This document shows positions 62,813 through 64,000 of a DNA stretch of 64,000 bases, piece by piece (within the stretch, counting starts at the first letter, position 1; each line of letters starts with the position of its first letter). The notes under the pieces are model-generated. The model made no database searches. It saw only the letters and a list, made by a program, of their open reading frames with translations, and was not told the DNA's origin. The translations under genes were made by a program, and so were the position numbers. Source of the stretch: Caecitellus pseudoparvulus (taxonomy: Eukaryota > Protista > Bigyra: Bicosoecida); assembly GCA_965644315.1 (NCBI GenBank), contig CBFFRQ010000069.1:1240001-1304000 (forward strand), given 5' to 3'.

Positions 62813-64000
62813 TTACGAAGACGCGGCAGCGTTCCCCAGCATGGCTTTGTTCCCGGCCCCACGCGCGCTGGCAAAATGCTGCAGCTCATCCATGCTCGCC
62901 TGCATGGCGTTCCTGCCGTCTGCGAGTTGGGACCGACAGATGGGTCGTACTCGTCGCAGTGCGGCTTCGAAGTGGGCCTGGGAAACCTGCAGGCGCGGGG
63001 CTGGGCTGGAGGACACCCGTGCCAAGTGCTCCCGCACTGCCCCCATGCCGGCCTCCCTGCACACGCCCTCCAGCTCCGCGCCGGTGTACCACTCCGTACG
63101 AGCTGCAATGCTTGGCAAGTCAACGTCCTCCCCCAACACCATGCCCTTGCCGCGTGTGTACAAGTGCAGCACAGCCACCCTTGCCTCCGCGTCTGGGGGG
63201 CCCACCAACACCCTGCGCTCCAGGCGCCCCGGGCGCAACAGAGCAGCGTCCAGCAGGTGTGGCATGTTCGTGCAGGCAACGACTAGCACGCCAGGACACG
63301 CTTCAACTCCGTCCATTTCGGTGAGCAGTGTGGTCAGGATGCCGCTCGTCGCGCTGTTGCCGCCGCTCGACCCACGAGCACCCACGAGCGCGTCGGCCTC
63401 GTCCAGGAAGACTATGGCTGGGGCAGCCTGCCTGGCCAGGCGGAACACCTCCCGGACTGTCCGCTCTGACTCTCCAACATACGCGCTCACGATGTCTGCC
63501 CCAGACAGCGAGAAGAAGGCTGCTTTGCTGCTGTGTGCGGCTGCGTGTACGAGGGTGGTCTTGGCACAGCCGGGGGGGCCAAACAACAGCACCCCCCGAG
63601 GCGGACTGATGCCCAGCCGCTCAAACGCCTCCGGGTGTGCAAAAGGCCACACGATGCTGTGCTGCAGCGTCGCCTTCACGTCCGCGTACCCAGCGATGTC
63701 CGACCACTCGACGCGACGCGGCGCAGATGTGAAGGCGGCAATGTGAGAAGGCGGCACGATGGACCGGGCCCGCTGCAGGTTCGCCACACTCACTGAAACT
63801 GCCAACGACTGCAAGCTGTCGTGACCATCCTCCACGCTGCACTGGCAGGCCGCTGCCAGCGCAAGGCGGCAAAGCAACCGCAGGTCTCTGCGCTGGTACC
63901 CGACGAGGTCTGCCGCCAGCGCCTGTACGCTGGCGGCAGGGGGGCACGCGCTGCCCAGGATGGCTTGGATGAATCCAGCTCGACACGCTTGGTCCATGGG
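62813..64000 (-). CDS. AFG2/SPATA5(L1)-type CDC48-family AAA+ ATPase, D2 domain (probably 5'-truncated by the window edge)
   Basis: Motifs 'WSDIAG', Walker A 'GPPGCAKTT', 'YVGESE', Walker B 'FLDEAD', 'LLTEMDG' and 'LDAALLRPGRL'. Confidence 0.9.
   Translation of the reverse strand, partial: PMDQACRAGFIQAILGSACPPAASVQALAADLVGYQRRDLRLLCRLALAAACQCSVEDGHDSLQSLAVSVSVANLQRARSIVPPSHIAAFTSAPRRVEWSDIAGYADVKATLQHSIVWPFAHPEAFERLGISPPRGVLLFGPPGCAKTTLVHAAAHSSKAAFFSLSGADIVSAYVGESERTVREVFRLARQAAPAIVFLDEADALVGARGSSGGNSATSGILTTLLTEMDGVEACPGVLVVACTNMPHLLDAALLRPGRLERRVLVGPPDAEARVAVLHLYTRGKGMVLGEDVDLPSIAARTEWYTGAELEGVCREAGMGAVREHLARVSSSPAPRLQVSQAHFEAALRRVRPICRSQLADGRNAMQASMDELQHFASARGAGNKAMLGNAAASS

Overview
Gene-dense, GC-rich (roughly 60-65% by eye) nuclear DNA of a microbial eukaryote. 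Short GT-AG spliceosomal introns (61-87 nt), the SNW1/Sec63/HDAC gene content and compact intergenic regions suggest a flagellated protist, possibly a heterotrophic stramenopile (inference only). About 23 protein-coding genes can be modelled, mostly in alternating head-to-head and tail-to-tail pairs. They include a RecQ pseudo-helicase, a NELF-A-like protein, a giant polycystin-1/REJ-like receptor, mitochondrial bL21, an LRR protein, a GUCD1-like protein, a claudin-like protein and an intron-containing ATP-dependent RNA ligase. Further along are a ~3360-aa IQ protein, SNW1/SKIP, an ankyrin-HDAC, Sec63, a SANBR/DUF3342-type BTB protein, a pseudokinase-ankyrin protein, SDR39U1, a Clu-domain protein and an AFG2/SPATA5-type AAA ATPase (partial). 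Three observations stand out. (1) The hexamer AATGCA lies 12-105 nt downstream of the stop codon in 12 of 23 genes, and three convergent pairs share it as a palindrome; it is a candidate non-canonical, bidirectional polyadenylation signal. (2) The IQ protein carries four dynein-stalk microtubule-binding-domain-like repeats but no motor domain. (3) A NELF-A homologue is present in a unicellular eukaryote. No tRNA, rRNA, CRISPR array or autonomous mobile element was recognised. All homology calls come from motif recall, not searches.
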